Shown in pieces: positions 30,465 through 39,757 of a DNA stretch of 64,000 bases. The DNA is taken from NCBI GenBank assembly GCA_963699545.1, contig CAVOUE010000005.1, positions 1 to 64,000 on the forward strand, read 5' to 3'. The notes under the pieces are model-generated. The model was not told the DNA's origin. It did not search any database and saw only the letters and a list, made by a program, of their open reading frames with translations. Source of the stretch: Nitrospirota bacterium (lineage in GTDB: Bacteria; Nitrospirota; Thermodesulfovibrionia; Thermodesulfovibrionales; UBA9159). Each line of letters starts with the position of its first letter. The stretch's first letter is position 1. The translations under genes were made by a program, and so were the position numbers.

Positions 30465-31307
30465 TTAGTCTTGAAGCACTTCATGTTTAATAGCATTTTG
30501 AGTGCTCTTTTTAACATCATACATCATAATATCTGCCATTCTTAACATAGTCTCGACAGAGGGAGGTGGGCTGACGAAGGATACCATTCCGATACTAAAT
30601 GTAACTCCCCATTTATTTTTTTTCATATCCTCCAAGAGTAGAGACCGGATATTGCTTATAGCCAGCTCCGCCCCGTCCGGTTGTGCATCGGTAAACAAGA
30701 TAACAAACTCGTCACCGCCAAGCCGCGCCAGTATATCAGCCGCACGGATATGTTCACCTATAATTGATGCAACATTGCGCAAAACCATATCGCCGGTGTG
30801 GTGTCCCAGAGTGTCATTTACCATTTTGAAATTATCGCAATCTATATAAGCTACGGTAAGGTTGGTTTTATATCTTTTAGCCCTTTCGACCTCTCTTTCC
30901 GCCAATTCAACAAATGATTGCCAGTTGTGTATTCCCGTTAAGAAGTCCCTTCGCGCGAGTCCTCTCTCCCTCTTATACGCTTCGCTCAATGACGATACAA
31001 GTACGGCAATAACAATGTATATTGCCATAAGAATGCCCATATTCCAAAAGTGAATCACCACATTGGAATAATAGAAACCACCCCATAGCAATTGCACCGT
31101 TGTCTCCACGACTGCGCTGATAACCGCGGCCAGAATTCCCATGGGCCTGCCAGCGTTTAATGCAACAAGTGAAACAGGCAATAAATAAAATGCCGATAAA
31201 GAGAGCTCATTTCCGGTCATGAAATCGACATATCCGATAAGGATAAGCGATACAGAAGAAAGTATTACCGATGTTGTTTTAGAAAAGTTTAAATGCTCGC
31301 TCACCAT
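30465..31307 (-). CDS. Membrane-bound diguanylate cyclase
   Basis: TM helices, DFLTG, DCDNFKMVND..GH..GD, RLGGDEF. Confidence 0.92.
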   Translation of the reverse strand: MVSEHLNFSKTTSVILSSVSLILIGYVDFMTGNELSLSAFYLLPVSLVALNAGRPMGILAAVISAVVETTVQLLWGGFYYSNVVIHFWNMGILMAIYIVIAVLVSSLSEAYKRERGLARRDFLTGIHNWQSFVELAEREVERAKRYKTNLTVAYIDCDNFKMVNDTLGHHTGDMVLRNVASIIGEHIRAADILARLGGDEFVILFTDAQPDGAELAISNIRSLLLEDMKKNKWGVTFSIGMVSFVSPPPSVETMLRMADIMMYDVKKSTQNAIKHEVLQD

Positions 31308-31458
31308 AATACTTTTTACTGTACCTCCATTTGGATCTAGTCAATCTGCCCTTGATTTGTAAACTAAACATATATCCCACCGAATTCCATCCCTTACATA
31401 AGTCTTGCATTTTACGGGGAATCCTCATTCTTGAGGATATCGCTTGAGCCTGATCATT

Positions 31459-32964
31459 TCAAAACTCCCCTGTCTCATGAGTCACTGAGACCGTTCCTTC
31501 GGTATTCCACCATCCACCGCCCAGGGCTACAAAAAGTGCAACCGTGTCCTGAAAGCGTTGCGCAACTGCCTGGAGGTAGACAATCTTTGCCTGGTGATAC
31601 TGACCATTTGCAATAAGAACCTGCAGATAATTGGCGATACCGGCCTGATAATTTGCCTGTATCAACTGCAGAGCTTCCTCTGCCGCTTTGAGCGCTTGTG
31701 ACTGAGATTGCAGGGTCTCGGCGTCATGTTCCAGTGCCCGCAGGGTATCGGCAACCTGGGCAAAGGCGCTGAGGACAGTCTGACGATAATTGGCCAGAGA
31801 CTCCTGATAGCCCTCAATTGCCGCCTGCCGCTGGGACAACAAGGCCCCTCCATGAAACAGCGGGGCAGCAACGTTTGCTCCAAGACTCCAGAAGCTGCTG
31901 GCGCTTTTGAAGAGGTCGCTCATAGAGGTATTATTGAGGCCGTACGTTCCGCTTAACGTGAAGCTTGGGTAGAGCGCTGCCGTCGCAACCCCGATTTCGG
32001 CATTGGCACCGTGCAACTGAGCCTCAACCGCCAGGATATCAGGACGTTGTCTTACCAGTTCTGATGGGAGGGTTATCGGTAGGTCGCCGGGAAGAGTGAT
32101 GTCCGCAAGATCGAGTTGCGACGGAGCCCATTCCGCCGGCGTACGTCCTGCCAGAGTGGCGAGCAGATGTTCTGCCTGGCTCAGCCTTTGCTGCAGCTGC
32201 GGAATCGTGGCTTCAGTGGCAGCCATCTGAGTCTTGATACTGAGCATATTCACGTAGGGGGCCGTGCCTGCTTCCACCTGTGCTTCGGTAATTCTTATTT
32301 GTTCCTTCTCCGCAGTGATGATTTGCTCCGTTGCCTCAATCTGATCCCTGTAGGCAGCTGCGGCAATAACCGTATTCACAATGTTACCCGTCAGGGCAAG
32401 GTAGGTGCCCAAAACCGTGTAGCGTTGAAAGTCCACCTGGGCCTGCAGGTTCTCCACGGCGCGTCTGTTGCCCCCGAACACGTCAAGGGCATAACTGACA
32501 GCACCTGTGAGCGTGTAGAGATTGAAAATGCTGCTTGAGATGTTACCACTAATCACCTGGGATGACTTCAGGCGTGCAGCGTTAAAGCCGGCGTCAAGCT
32601 GAGGGTAGAAAACCCCATAGCCGGCCCGGAGATTATCCTGGCTCTGGCGCAGTCCCGCCTGTGCCGCCTGAAGGGTTTGATTGTTGGCGAGGGCCTCCTT
32701 TATCATGTCATCAAGCCTTGAGGAGTTAAAGAGCCTCCACCAGTCTGCAACGACCGCAGCACCCTTTTCAAAGCGCTGCGCCTGTCCTTCTGCCGGGACT
32801 GTCGTAGCAGGTTCTTCCCTATACGTATAGCGGTCGACAGGGGGCGGCTCTGGACGGACAAAGTCCGGCCCTGCGGTACAACCCATTATACTCAAGATGG
32901 ATACCAGACCTATTCCCTCCACCGCGAGCTTTGCCAATACTCGCACTGCACGCTTGCAGTCCAT
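31459..32964 (-). CDS. NodT/TolC-family outer membrane efflux lipoprotein
   Basis: Lipobox IMGC, WWRLF, PSELVRQRPDI, LFVALGGGW. Confidence 0.92.
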   Translation of the reverse strand: MDCKRAVRVLAKLAVEGIGLVSILSIMGCTAGPDFVRPEPPPVDRYTYREEPATTVPAEGQAQRFEKGAAVVADWWRLFNSSRLDDMIKEALANNQTLQAAQAGLRQSQDNLRAGYGVFYPQLDAGFNAARLKSSQVISGNISSSIFNLYTLTGAVSYALDVFGGNRRAVENLQAQVDFQRYTVLGTYLALTGNIVNTVIAAAAYRDQIEATEQIITAEKEQIRITEAQVEAGTAPYVNMLSIKTQMAATEATIPQLQQRLSQAEHLLATLAGRTPAEWAPSQLDLADITLPGDLPITLPSELVRQRPDILAVEAQLHGANAEIGVATAALYPSFTLSGTYGLNNTSMSDLFKSASSFWSLGANVAAPLFHGGALLSQRQAAIEGYQESLANYRQTVLSAFAQVADTLRALEHDAETLQSQSQALKAAEEALQLIQANYQAGIANYLQVLIANGQYHQAKIVYLQAVAQRFQDTVALFVALGGGWWNTEGTVSVTHETGEF

Positions 32965-32965
32965 A

Positions 32966-34051
32966 TTATTTCCCCCCGATATAAACATCCACCAACTGAC
33001 CGGGGTAAACATTCGTGTTCCTCGGCTTTTCAAACCTGAATATCACAGGCAATACTCTCACATCGACCCTCTCGGTTCTCTGGTTAGACAACTGCACCTT
33101 GGGGGACACATAGGGCTGCACCCGCACGTATTGCAATGGGAGACGGACGTCCGTGCCTCTGATGGACATCTCCGCTTTCATCTCCGATGAGTGCGGCAGC
33201 CTCTGTATGAGTATCTCGTCGATATAGCACCTGACGCCCATGTAGTTCTGGGGGTCCCCCATAACAAGGACTGGGTTAGATCCCTGCGTATAGGTGTCAT
33301 AGGTGCCTTGCGTCGATATGTAGCTGCCGACAGCTGCATTTATTGATAGAATCACTCCATCTGAGGGCGCCTTTATGAGGTATTTAGCAAGGAGGGCGTT
33401 TGAAGATATGAAGGCCTTTGTCAAAGCAATGTACTGGTTTTCCTGATTTTTTATGTCATACACCCAGGCCCCGGCCTTAGTGAGTTCGTACTGCTTCTGG
33501 GCGACCTCAAAATTCGCTTTTGCCACTTTGACCGCATTCTCAGCGTTATCCAAATCATTTTTGCTTACTGATTTCGGGTAAAGTTCGTACGACTTCCTCT
33601 GCTTGTCTAACTGGTCCTGCGCGGTCTTGAGGTTTGCGGTAGCCAGTTCCACCTGAGCTTTGGCAATTTCAAGGTTTTCTTTTCTTGGCTGGGCCTTGAG
33701 TTCTTCCAGGAGAGCCAGGGCAGCCTCCGCTTGCGCCTTCTGCTGTTCAGCCGTCGCCCTTTGCACTGAATCATCCATCATCATTAGCGCAGTCCCTTTG
33801 CGCACAGTTTGTCCCTCCGTGACCATGATTTGTGTGACTGTCCCTGAGACTTCCGGAAATATGTTGATGTTTTCCCCATTGCTCTGGTAGCTCTCAATAA
33901 TGCCATTCGCATAAATACCGCTGGCGTATGGGTTGGAGGCAGGGGTGAAGGCCGGAGACTGCGGTTTCTGTTCTTTGGCATATATATAAGCGCTTATTAG
34001 ACCTCCTATGATGCCTATAATTGAAAGAGTGAGCAAAATCTTATTCCTCAA
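32966..34051 (-). CDS. HlyD/DevB-type membrane fusion protein
   Basis: N-terminal TM, lipoyl halves, coiled coil, ERVDVRVL, PGQLVDVYI. Confidence 0.9.
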   Translation of the reverse strand: MRNKILLTLSIIGIIGGLISAYIYAKEQKPQSPAFTPASNPYASGIYANGIIESYQSNGENINIFPEVSGTVTQIMVTEGQTVRKGTALMMMDDSVQRATAEQQKAQAEAALALLEELKAQPRKENLEIAKAQVELATANLKTAQDQLDKQRKSYELYPKSVSKNDLDNAENAVKVAKANFEVAQKQYELTKAGAWVYDIKNQENQYIALTKAFISSNALLAKYLIKAPSDGVILSINAAVGSYISTQGTYDTYTQGSNPVLVMGDPQNYMGVRCYIDEILIQRLPHSSEMKAEMSIRGTDVRLPLQYVRVQPYVSPKVQLSNQRTERVDVRVLPVIFRFEKPRNTNVYPGQLVDVYIGGK

Positions 34052-34745
34052 GTGAGCCTCCTTTCTGTGACCCCGTTATCTTTCCGTCCGACATCTTCAT
34101 TATCCTGTCAGCAAATTCGAATATCCTGCTGTCGTGTGTCACAATGACTATGCAACGCTTCTCATTCAGTATGTTGCTTTTGACGAAATCCACGATCCGT
34201 CTCCCCGTGTCTCCGTCCAGGGAGGCGGTGGGCTCGTCGAATATAAGGATATCAGGGCTACTGGCGATCGCCCGAGCGATTGCTACCCTTTGCTGTTCCC
34301 CACCGCTTAACTTGACCGGAGGCAGGTGTGCCCGGTCCTTGAGCCCCACTATCTCCAGGAAGCGCATGGCTGTGTTCATGGCCTCGTTCCAGTCAACCTT
34401 TTTCAGAACCAGGGGAATCGCAACATTCTCCAACGTGGTCAAGCGCGGAAAGAGGTGATAATCCTGGAACACGAATCCCACCTTGTTCAACCTGAAATCT
34501 GCAAGCTGGTCGCTGCTCAGGTTCCAGATATCCTTGTTCTCCACCGACACAGTTCCTGTATTTGGCCTGAGGATCCCCGAGATCATGCTCAGTAGTGTCG
34601 TTTTGCCGCTTCCCGAAGGGCCTTCGATGTAAAGCATTTCTCCGAAGTAAGCCGCGAAACTGACACCTCTGACCGCATACGTTTTGGTGTCGCCCTCGCC
34701 AAACCATTTGACCAGCTCATTAGCCTTCATTGCCAGAGCTGCCAT
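34041..34745 (-). CDS. ABC exporter ATPase (DevA/LolD-like)
   Basis: GPSGSGKTT, LSGGEQQRVAIARA, DEPT. Confidence 0.93.
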   Translation of the reverse strand: MAALAMKANELVKWFGEGDTKTYAVRGVSFAAYFGEMLYIEGPSGSGKTTLLSMISGILRPNTGTVSVENKDIWNLSSDQLADFRLNKVGFVFQDYHLFPRLTTLENVAIPLVLKKVDWNEAMNTAMRFLEIVGLKDRAHLPPVKLSGGEQQRVAIARAIASSPDILIFDEPTASLDGDTGRRIVDFVKSNILNEKRCIVIVTHDSRIFEFADRIMKMSDGKITGSQKGGSLEE

Positions 34746-34746
34746 G

Positions 34747-35884
34747 TCAACCCCTGAAGATGTCGAAAGGCTCTATCTTGATTACCTTTCTGACACCAAT
34801 GTAGCTGGAGATTCCGGCTATTATCACCACCATGATAAAGGCAAAGACAAGGTTGCTGTAAGTTATCTGGGCAGCATAGCTTGGCAGTCTCAGCTTGGCG
34901 CCCGCTATTACCAAAGAGGCCAGTCCGATCCCGAGTCCATAGCCGGTCAGGGCTGTGAAGCCCGCCTGGAAAAGTATCATACATATGAGTTCCCGCCCCT
35001 TGGCTCCTATCGCTTTCAACGCCCCGAATTTTTCAAGGTTTTCCAGTATGAACGTATAAAAGGTCTGCCCCGAAATTGAGAGGCCCACCACAAAGCTAAT
35101 CACCGTCATCAGCATGACGTTTATACCAAGACCTGTCTTGTATTTATAGAAAGTGGAGAACCTTCCGGACGAATTCATCCTTGGTGAGCGCTTGATACCC
35201 AAGTCGTTTGATCTCTTCCTTGATACGCGGTATTGCATCCCTGCTTTTCGGTTCCACCAGCACATATGCAAGGGTATACCTGGACGTTGGCAGATATTGA
35301 ATGGCCCTATTGTAAGTTGTGTACAAGGTGGGGACACCGAACAATCCCCCCGAAGTGACCTTGGCAATCCCCACCACGACCGCCCGGTGGTCGTTTATCT
35401 CAAAGTCTGAGCCAAGTTTAGGGTTGTCTAGCTTAGCGAACTCGGAGTCCTTGACGACAAGGAAGCCGTTTTCCGCATAGATGTCTTCTACCTTTCCCTC
35501 TATGAGCTCAGGTCTTCCGAAGAGGCTCGCATCGTCCAGCCCCAGGATAGTTACGGCCTGATAGACGCCGCTGCGCAGTTTTACGAGAGCTCCCCCCGAA
35601 TACAGAGGTACGGCATAGTTGACTCCTTCTATGCTTCGAGCTGCGTCCAATATATAATCCGGCATTGGGATGCTACTCGCAACCGTATTTACTGCCGGGT
35701 CCATTACCCACACTGTGGCCCCAATGTTTATGACGGTGGAGGATGACCTCTTTAGAATGCCGGCGAACATTGATGTCATCATGGTCATTAAGAAGACTGC
35801 AAAAGTCACACCGACAAGCAGCGCGACAAATTTGCCCTTGTCGTTTACCAACAGCTTGTAGGCGATTCTGAGGATTCCTTTCAT
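34747..35884 (-). CDS. ABC exporter permease (DevC/FtsX-like), +1 frameshift near 35159
   Basis: The two ORFs join as EFVRKV/STFYKYKTG when one T is removed; FGALKAIGA, IEPFDIFRG. Confidence 0.88.
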
Positions 35885-36006
35885 CTATCTTCTCCCCAGT
35901 CTACGGCAAAATAGAAACAGCGTGCAGCAGCAGAAACCGCATGCCTTTCGTGCCGCCTCTGTCCGTCATCATGTGTCATAAATAATGACACTCAGAGAAA
36001 TGCGAA

Positions 36007-37072
36007 CTATTTCCTCATTCCCCCGCTGTTCCCACTCGCTTTCCCAGCGGGAGCACTAGCAGTTCTCCCGCCACCCGACGTACTGGAACGAGGCGTAAAT
36101 GCCCTTCCGGCGCCTGGCGGTTGACTGTAGACCCTGTTTGAAGAAAAGGGATTGACTCCCCGGACACTCCTCGTTGCTGGCCGGCTAATTGTTCCGGTTG
36201 TGCTTCCCTTAGGGCGAATCTCCCTCTTTCCAGGCGCCACAGACCCTCTCGAAGTTCCATTAAATATCCTTTCAGGCGCCCTACTGACCCCGGTGTTGAC
36301 AAAATTGCTGGACCGGGGCGCTCCGATCCCGGCGTAGGTCCTACCTTGGAACCTCTTTTCAGGATCTATCCTGAAGACCCTGTTTGAGCTGGCATCTCGG
36401 AAGTGGTTGCTGGCGGTATATACATGCCCGTTCTCACTGAAATGCCTGTGAAAATCGTGGAGCATGAAATATCCCCCAAACCAGAATCCACCCCACCAGA
36501 ACGGATAGGGAACCCAGGCATACAAATAATAATAATCCGGCGGCGGAGCATAGTATGTCACGATAGGAGGTCCCTGCTCGTAATAGTAATTGCTGATGAC
36601 TGTCTGGTCTGGATAACTGTTGCCGGCTAGTGCGTTGCCGGTCACGCCTTCGGAGAACGTTTCCGGGGGGGCCTGCCGGTCCGGGACTTAGCGACATGTT
36701 CGCGCTTGCCTGAACATCTTCCAAGGTCTTGAGTGCCGTAGCCTCATCTATGGGTATCGTTCTAGCTTGGGCTGCGTATGTGACGGAGTCACGCAGCTCA
36801 CCTAAAATGTCAGGCGTAACAGGATAGTCTGCGATCCAGCCATTGCGCGGCGCTATCCCGGCAGTCCCCAACATGCTCTCCGCCTCTGCCTCGGACGAAG
36901 GATGCCCGATGCTCAGGGCTTCAGCGAGCATCATTGCAAATGCACCCTCGCGCACTGTAGGCGCTCCCACCGGAGGCGGCTGCGCCTGCCCCTCCTGGAT
37001 ATAAGTTCCAAGCAATAGCACCATCGTCGCAACTACGGACAACACAGGAGCCTTGAAATCAAGTTCTCTCAT
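36007..37072 (-). CDS. Secreted hypothetical protein with Tyr/Trp/Pro-rich and low-complexity C-terminus, +1 frameshift near 36655-36672
   Basis: ORF 36434-37072 (signal peptide, IAPRNGWIADYPVTPD) continues in ORF 36007-36645 (PPIVTYYAPPPDYYYLYAWVPYPFWW). Confidence 0.7.
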
Positions 37073-37197
37073 GGTTGATCACCTTCCTTCTTCCTTCATA
37101 CATCCTACACCAAAAACCGCACTAGTCAAATGGGAAAAGAACCTTCCCCCCATCCTCTGATCTCCAAGAAAGTCGGACGAGGAAAGCAGGTAGGTTT

Positions 37198-37246
37198 GGT
37201 GAACGCCTTGTCACTGTGCGAAGACTTCCCTGACAAGACGTTCACC
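37198..37246 (-). terminator. Long hairpin downstream of the 37291-37782 gene
   Basis: GGTGAACGCCTTGTCA...TGACAAGACGTTCACC. Confidence 0.5.
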
Positions 37247-37290
37247 CATCGGCTTCTGTGCGAAAGCAGCCATGTAGCTCCATTCTCCCC

Positions 37291-37782
37291 TTACTGTTTC
37301 TTCAGATGCATGGCATATCCGAAGAGGAGACGGCCGGTTTTTTTATCCAGCCTGCTCTGGGCCTGCGCGGTGAGCTGTGCCTGGAGTTGTTGCAAATGTT
37401 CAGGCGTGAGTGCCGCGCTTAGCGCACTGTTAAGCTGAGATCGCGCAGCTTTTAGCTGGACCTTTGCATTAGAGAGAACTGCGGCATCAGCGACGAGTCG
37501 AGAGCCGTCCGGCGGTGTTGCATCGAGATCCGTCCTGAGCTGCTTCTTAGCCGCACGGAATGTCTGCATTGCCGTCTTAGCGGCTGGGCCATAGGTCGAC
37601 AAAGCATTCGTCAGGGCAGTCTGCTCATCCGAACTGAGACCAAGTGCATCTATTAACTTCATATCCGCACCAAATCTGTGGCCATGCCCAAAGCCGGCCG
37701 CATCTGCCTTACAGACTCCGCCAGCTACGATCACGCTCAGTAAGAGCGACAGGACAGAGATATTCTTGAGCCATCCTTTCAT
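37291..37782 (-). CDS. Periplasmic Spy/CpxP/ZraP-like helical protein
   Basis: Signal peptide, LGLSSDEQ and LTPEHLQQL (LTxxQ-like); AAGGAGGTG RBS. Confidence 0.75.
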   Translation of the reverse strand: MKGWLKNISVLSLLLSVIVAGGVCKADAAGFGHGHRFGADMKLIDALGLSSDEQTALTNALSTYGPAAKTAMQTFRAAKKQLRTDLDATPPDGSRLVADAAVLSNAKVQLKAARSQLNSALSAALTPEHLQQLQAQLTAQAQSRLDKKTGRLLFGYAMHLKKQ

Positions 37783-37809
37783 GTTCTTCACCTCCTTTCT
37801 CAATAATTA

Positions 37810-37836
37810 AGACGATGTGAACAAGCAGGGGTTACA
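37810..37836 (-). promoter_or_regulatory. Putative ECF sigma promoter TGTAAC-N16-CGTCT
   Basis: One of three copies within 1.4 kb. Confidence 0.65.
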
Positions 37837-37932
37837 ATAAAGATCCCAGCAGTGCAGGTATCACCCCCGCTTCATGCCATATCTGCAAGTACAATTGCTG
37901 GTTTTGATCATCTCCGTAGTGCGAGGTCATCT

Positions 37933-38088
37933 CTATGCCTCTACAGTTGTTGATGCCGCAAAATTTGGGCAGCTTTCATAAAAGGCTCTGAAGCACAACG
38001 TCTCCATTTCTGTGATATTGGGAACATAAATAGCATCCGTTGCAACACAGATACCAAAATATCCTTCCTTGAAATATGGACAGCTCAC
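37933..38088 (-). CDS. Small four-Cys protein (51 aa), below the ORF-track cutoff
   Basis: GGGAGGT RBS, GTG start; MSCPYFKEGYFGICVATDAIYVPNITEMETLCFRAFYESCPNFAASTTVEA. Confidence 0.6.
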   Translation of the reverse strand: MSCPYFKEGYFGICVATDAIYVPNITEMETLCFRAFYESCPNFAASTTVEA

Positions 38089-38333
38089 GGACACCTCCCT
38101 GACTTGAAACTTTGAAGTCCTGTATTTTCAAGTTCCTTTGTATTTGTTTGGCTCATGGCAATCGTTCCTTCTCGATCGTTAAAAAGGGATGCCCGGGCCA
38201 TGGACGGGGGGGTCACCTAACCCGGGCACCTAGCGGGAGGAAACCTTAAATCTGTTTCTCCCTAATCATGTGTCTTGCCCATCACACCTTCACAGCGATT
38301 GTTGGACAGTTACTTGGCCAGCTACCATATCTG

Positions 38334-38831
38334 TTAAAAGCCATGCATCCCGCCACTGCGGGAGCCTCGGCCGCTGTGTGTTTGGTTGCTCTCCTTCTTT
38401 TCTTTCTGCTCTTCCCTGAGCTTCTGATACTCCTTCATTTGATCCTCAGTGAGAATCTTTCCAAGCTGCATATCGGTGGACCAACGAAGTTCCTGCAGTT
38501 GGCTTTTCACCGCCTTTTTGTCGTCTGAACCATTTTTCACTATCTCTTGACGCTTCCGGATGTTTTCCTCGATAATCGGCCTCATCTTGGTTGCCTGCTC
38601 TTCGGTGAGGGTGAGGCGTGTCTTTAGCTGGGACATGACCTCATCTGGAGAAGCATTCATGTTCGATACATCTTTCGCCTGCACCCCGGCAGGCTGCACC
38701 ATAAGGATCATGGCACACAACAACATGTAACCTGAAAAGGCAAGGAATTTCAGATAACTCCTATTGACTATAACCGCCATGACGCATCTTATTGTGGCCA
38801 TGAGAATATCGCTCATTGGGTCGCTACTCAT
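38334..38831 (-). CDS. Periplasmic LTxxQ-motif protein
   Basis: RLTLTEEQ and ILTEDQMKEY; hydrophobic signal ending VQA; true start may be downstream. Confidence 0.75.
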   Translation of the reverse strand: MSSDPMSDILMATIRCVMAVIVNRSYLKFLAFSGYMLLCAMILMVQPAGVQAKDVSNMNASPDEVMSQLKTRLTLTEEQATKMRPIIEENIRKRQEIVKNGSDDKKAVKSQLQELRWSTDMQLGKILTEDQMKEYQKLREEQKEKKESNQTHSGRGSRSGGMHGF

Positions 38832-38862
38832 AAAGCCTCCTCTGTGTGTTCGATAAAAATGT

Positions 38863-38890
38863 AGACGATTAAGAAAGATGTTAGGTTACA
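38863..38890 (-). promoter_or_regulatory. Putative ECF sigma promoter TGTAAC-N17-CGTCT
   Basis: Same motif, upstream of the second LTxxQ gene. Confidence 0.65.
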
Positions 38891-39131
38891 ACTATTTCAA
38901 GATATGAAGTTCCGCACAGTGCAGTTTGAGATAGATCGTATTGAGAAGGGGGGGGCTGCCTGCCGTTTCTTCGGAGGGGACAGCAGGCAGCACTTGGTAA
39001 ATCAACTAAAGTTTAAATGTTGAATATGAAGAAAATGTGAATGCTTGCAAGAACGGTTATTTCTATAGATGAACTACTCGACTATGCGACAGACCTTCCG
39101 TATTTATCGCAGTGTAATGTCACTTGCGTTT

Positions 39132-39159
39132 TGTAACTTGCAACATGTCTTCATCGTCT
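39132..39159 (+). promoter_or_regulatory. Putative ECF sigma promoter TGTAAC-N17-CGTCT
   Basis: Third copy, divergent orientation. Confidence 0.6.
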
Positions 39160-39341
39160 GACTCTTATAGAAACAATAGAAAGGGGAGAGTAAAATATCT
39201 TCTGTAACTGGCGTGATTCTGTTATCTACCCACCAGTGCTCGCAATCTTCACAGTTTATTCACACACTTGTGATAGGCTGCCCTGAACTCAGGGAAAGGC
39301 GTTGACACCGGGTCCAGTTAACTTCAATCAGGAGGGAAACG

Positions 39342-39653
39342 ATGTCTGCAGAGAAAAATGACCGTACAAATATGTCAAAGCATATTCTGCCTAATTCCGG
39401 TAACCTTCTTGGTCTGTGTTTTGCGATACTCAGCTTCATAAAGGTATCAGGCCTGGCAAATGCAACGCTTATAGATGAAATCCTGGTCGTCGCTATTGTT
39501 CTGTTTCTGTTTGCCTGTATTGTTTCGTATGCGTCTATGAGGTCTTTGAAGAAAGAGGAATACTATGAACACATTGCAGAGTTCATTTTCCTCGGAGGAT
39601 TGTTTTTGCTGGGAAGCTGTGCAGTGAGGGTTGGTGTTGAGTTGCTACGTTAG
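39342..39653 (+). CDS. Small membrane protein
   Basis: HILPNSGNLLGLCF plus three TM segments; GGAGGG RBS. Confidence 0.75.
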   Translation: MSAEKNDRTNMSKHILPNSGNLLGLCFAILSFIKVSGLANATLIDEILVVAIVLFLFACIVSYASMRSLKKEEYYEHIAEFIFLGGLFLLGSCAVRVGVELLR

Positions 39654-39757
39654 AGCAGAGATTTCTTATGTCACTCCGGGAGGAGGCTGTGGGCTCCCGA
39701 GGGAGAAACCCATGCTCAGTGGGAGCTTTGTGCGTACTGAGGTAATTAAGTGAGATT

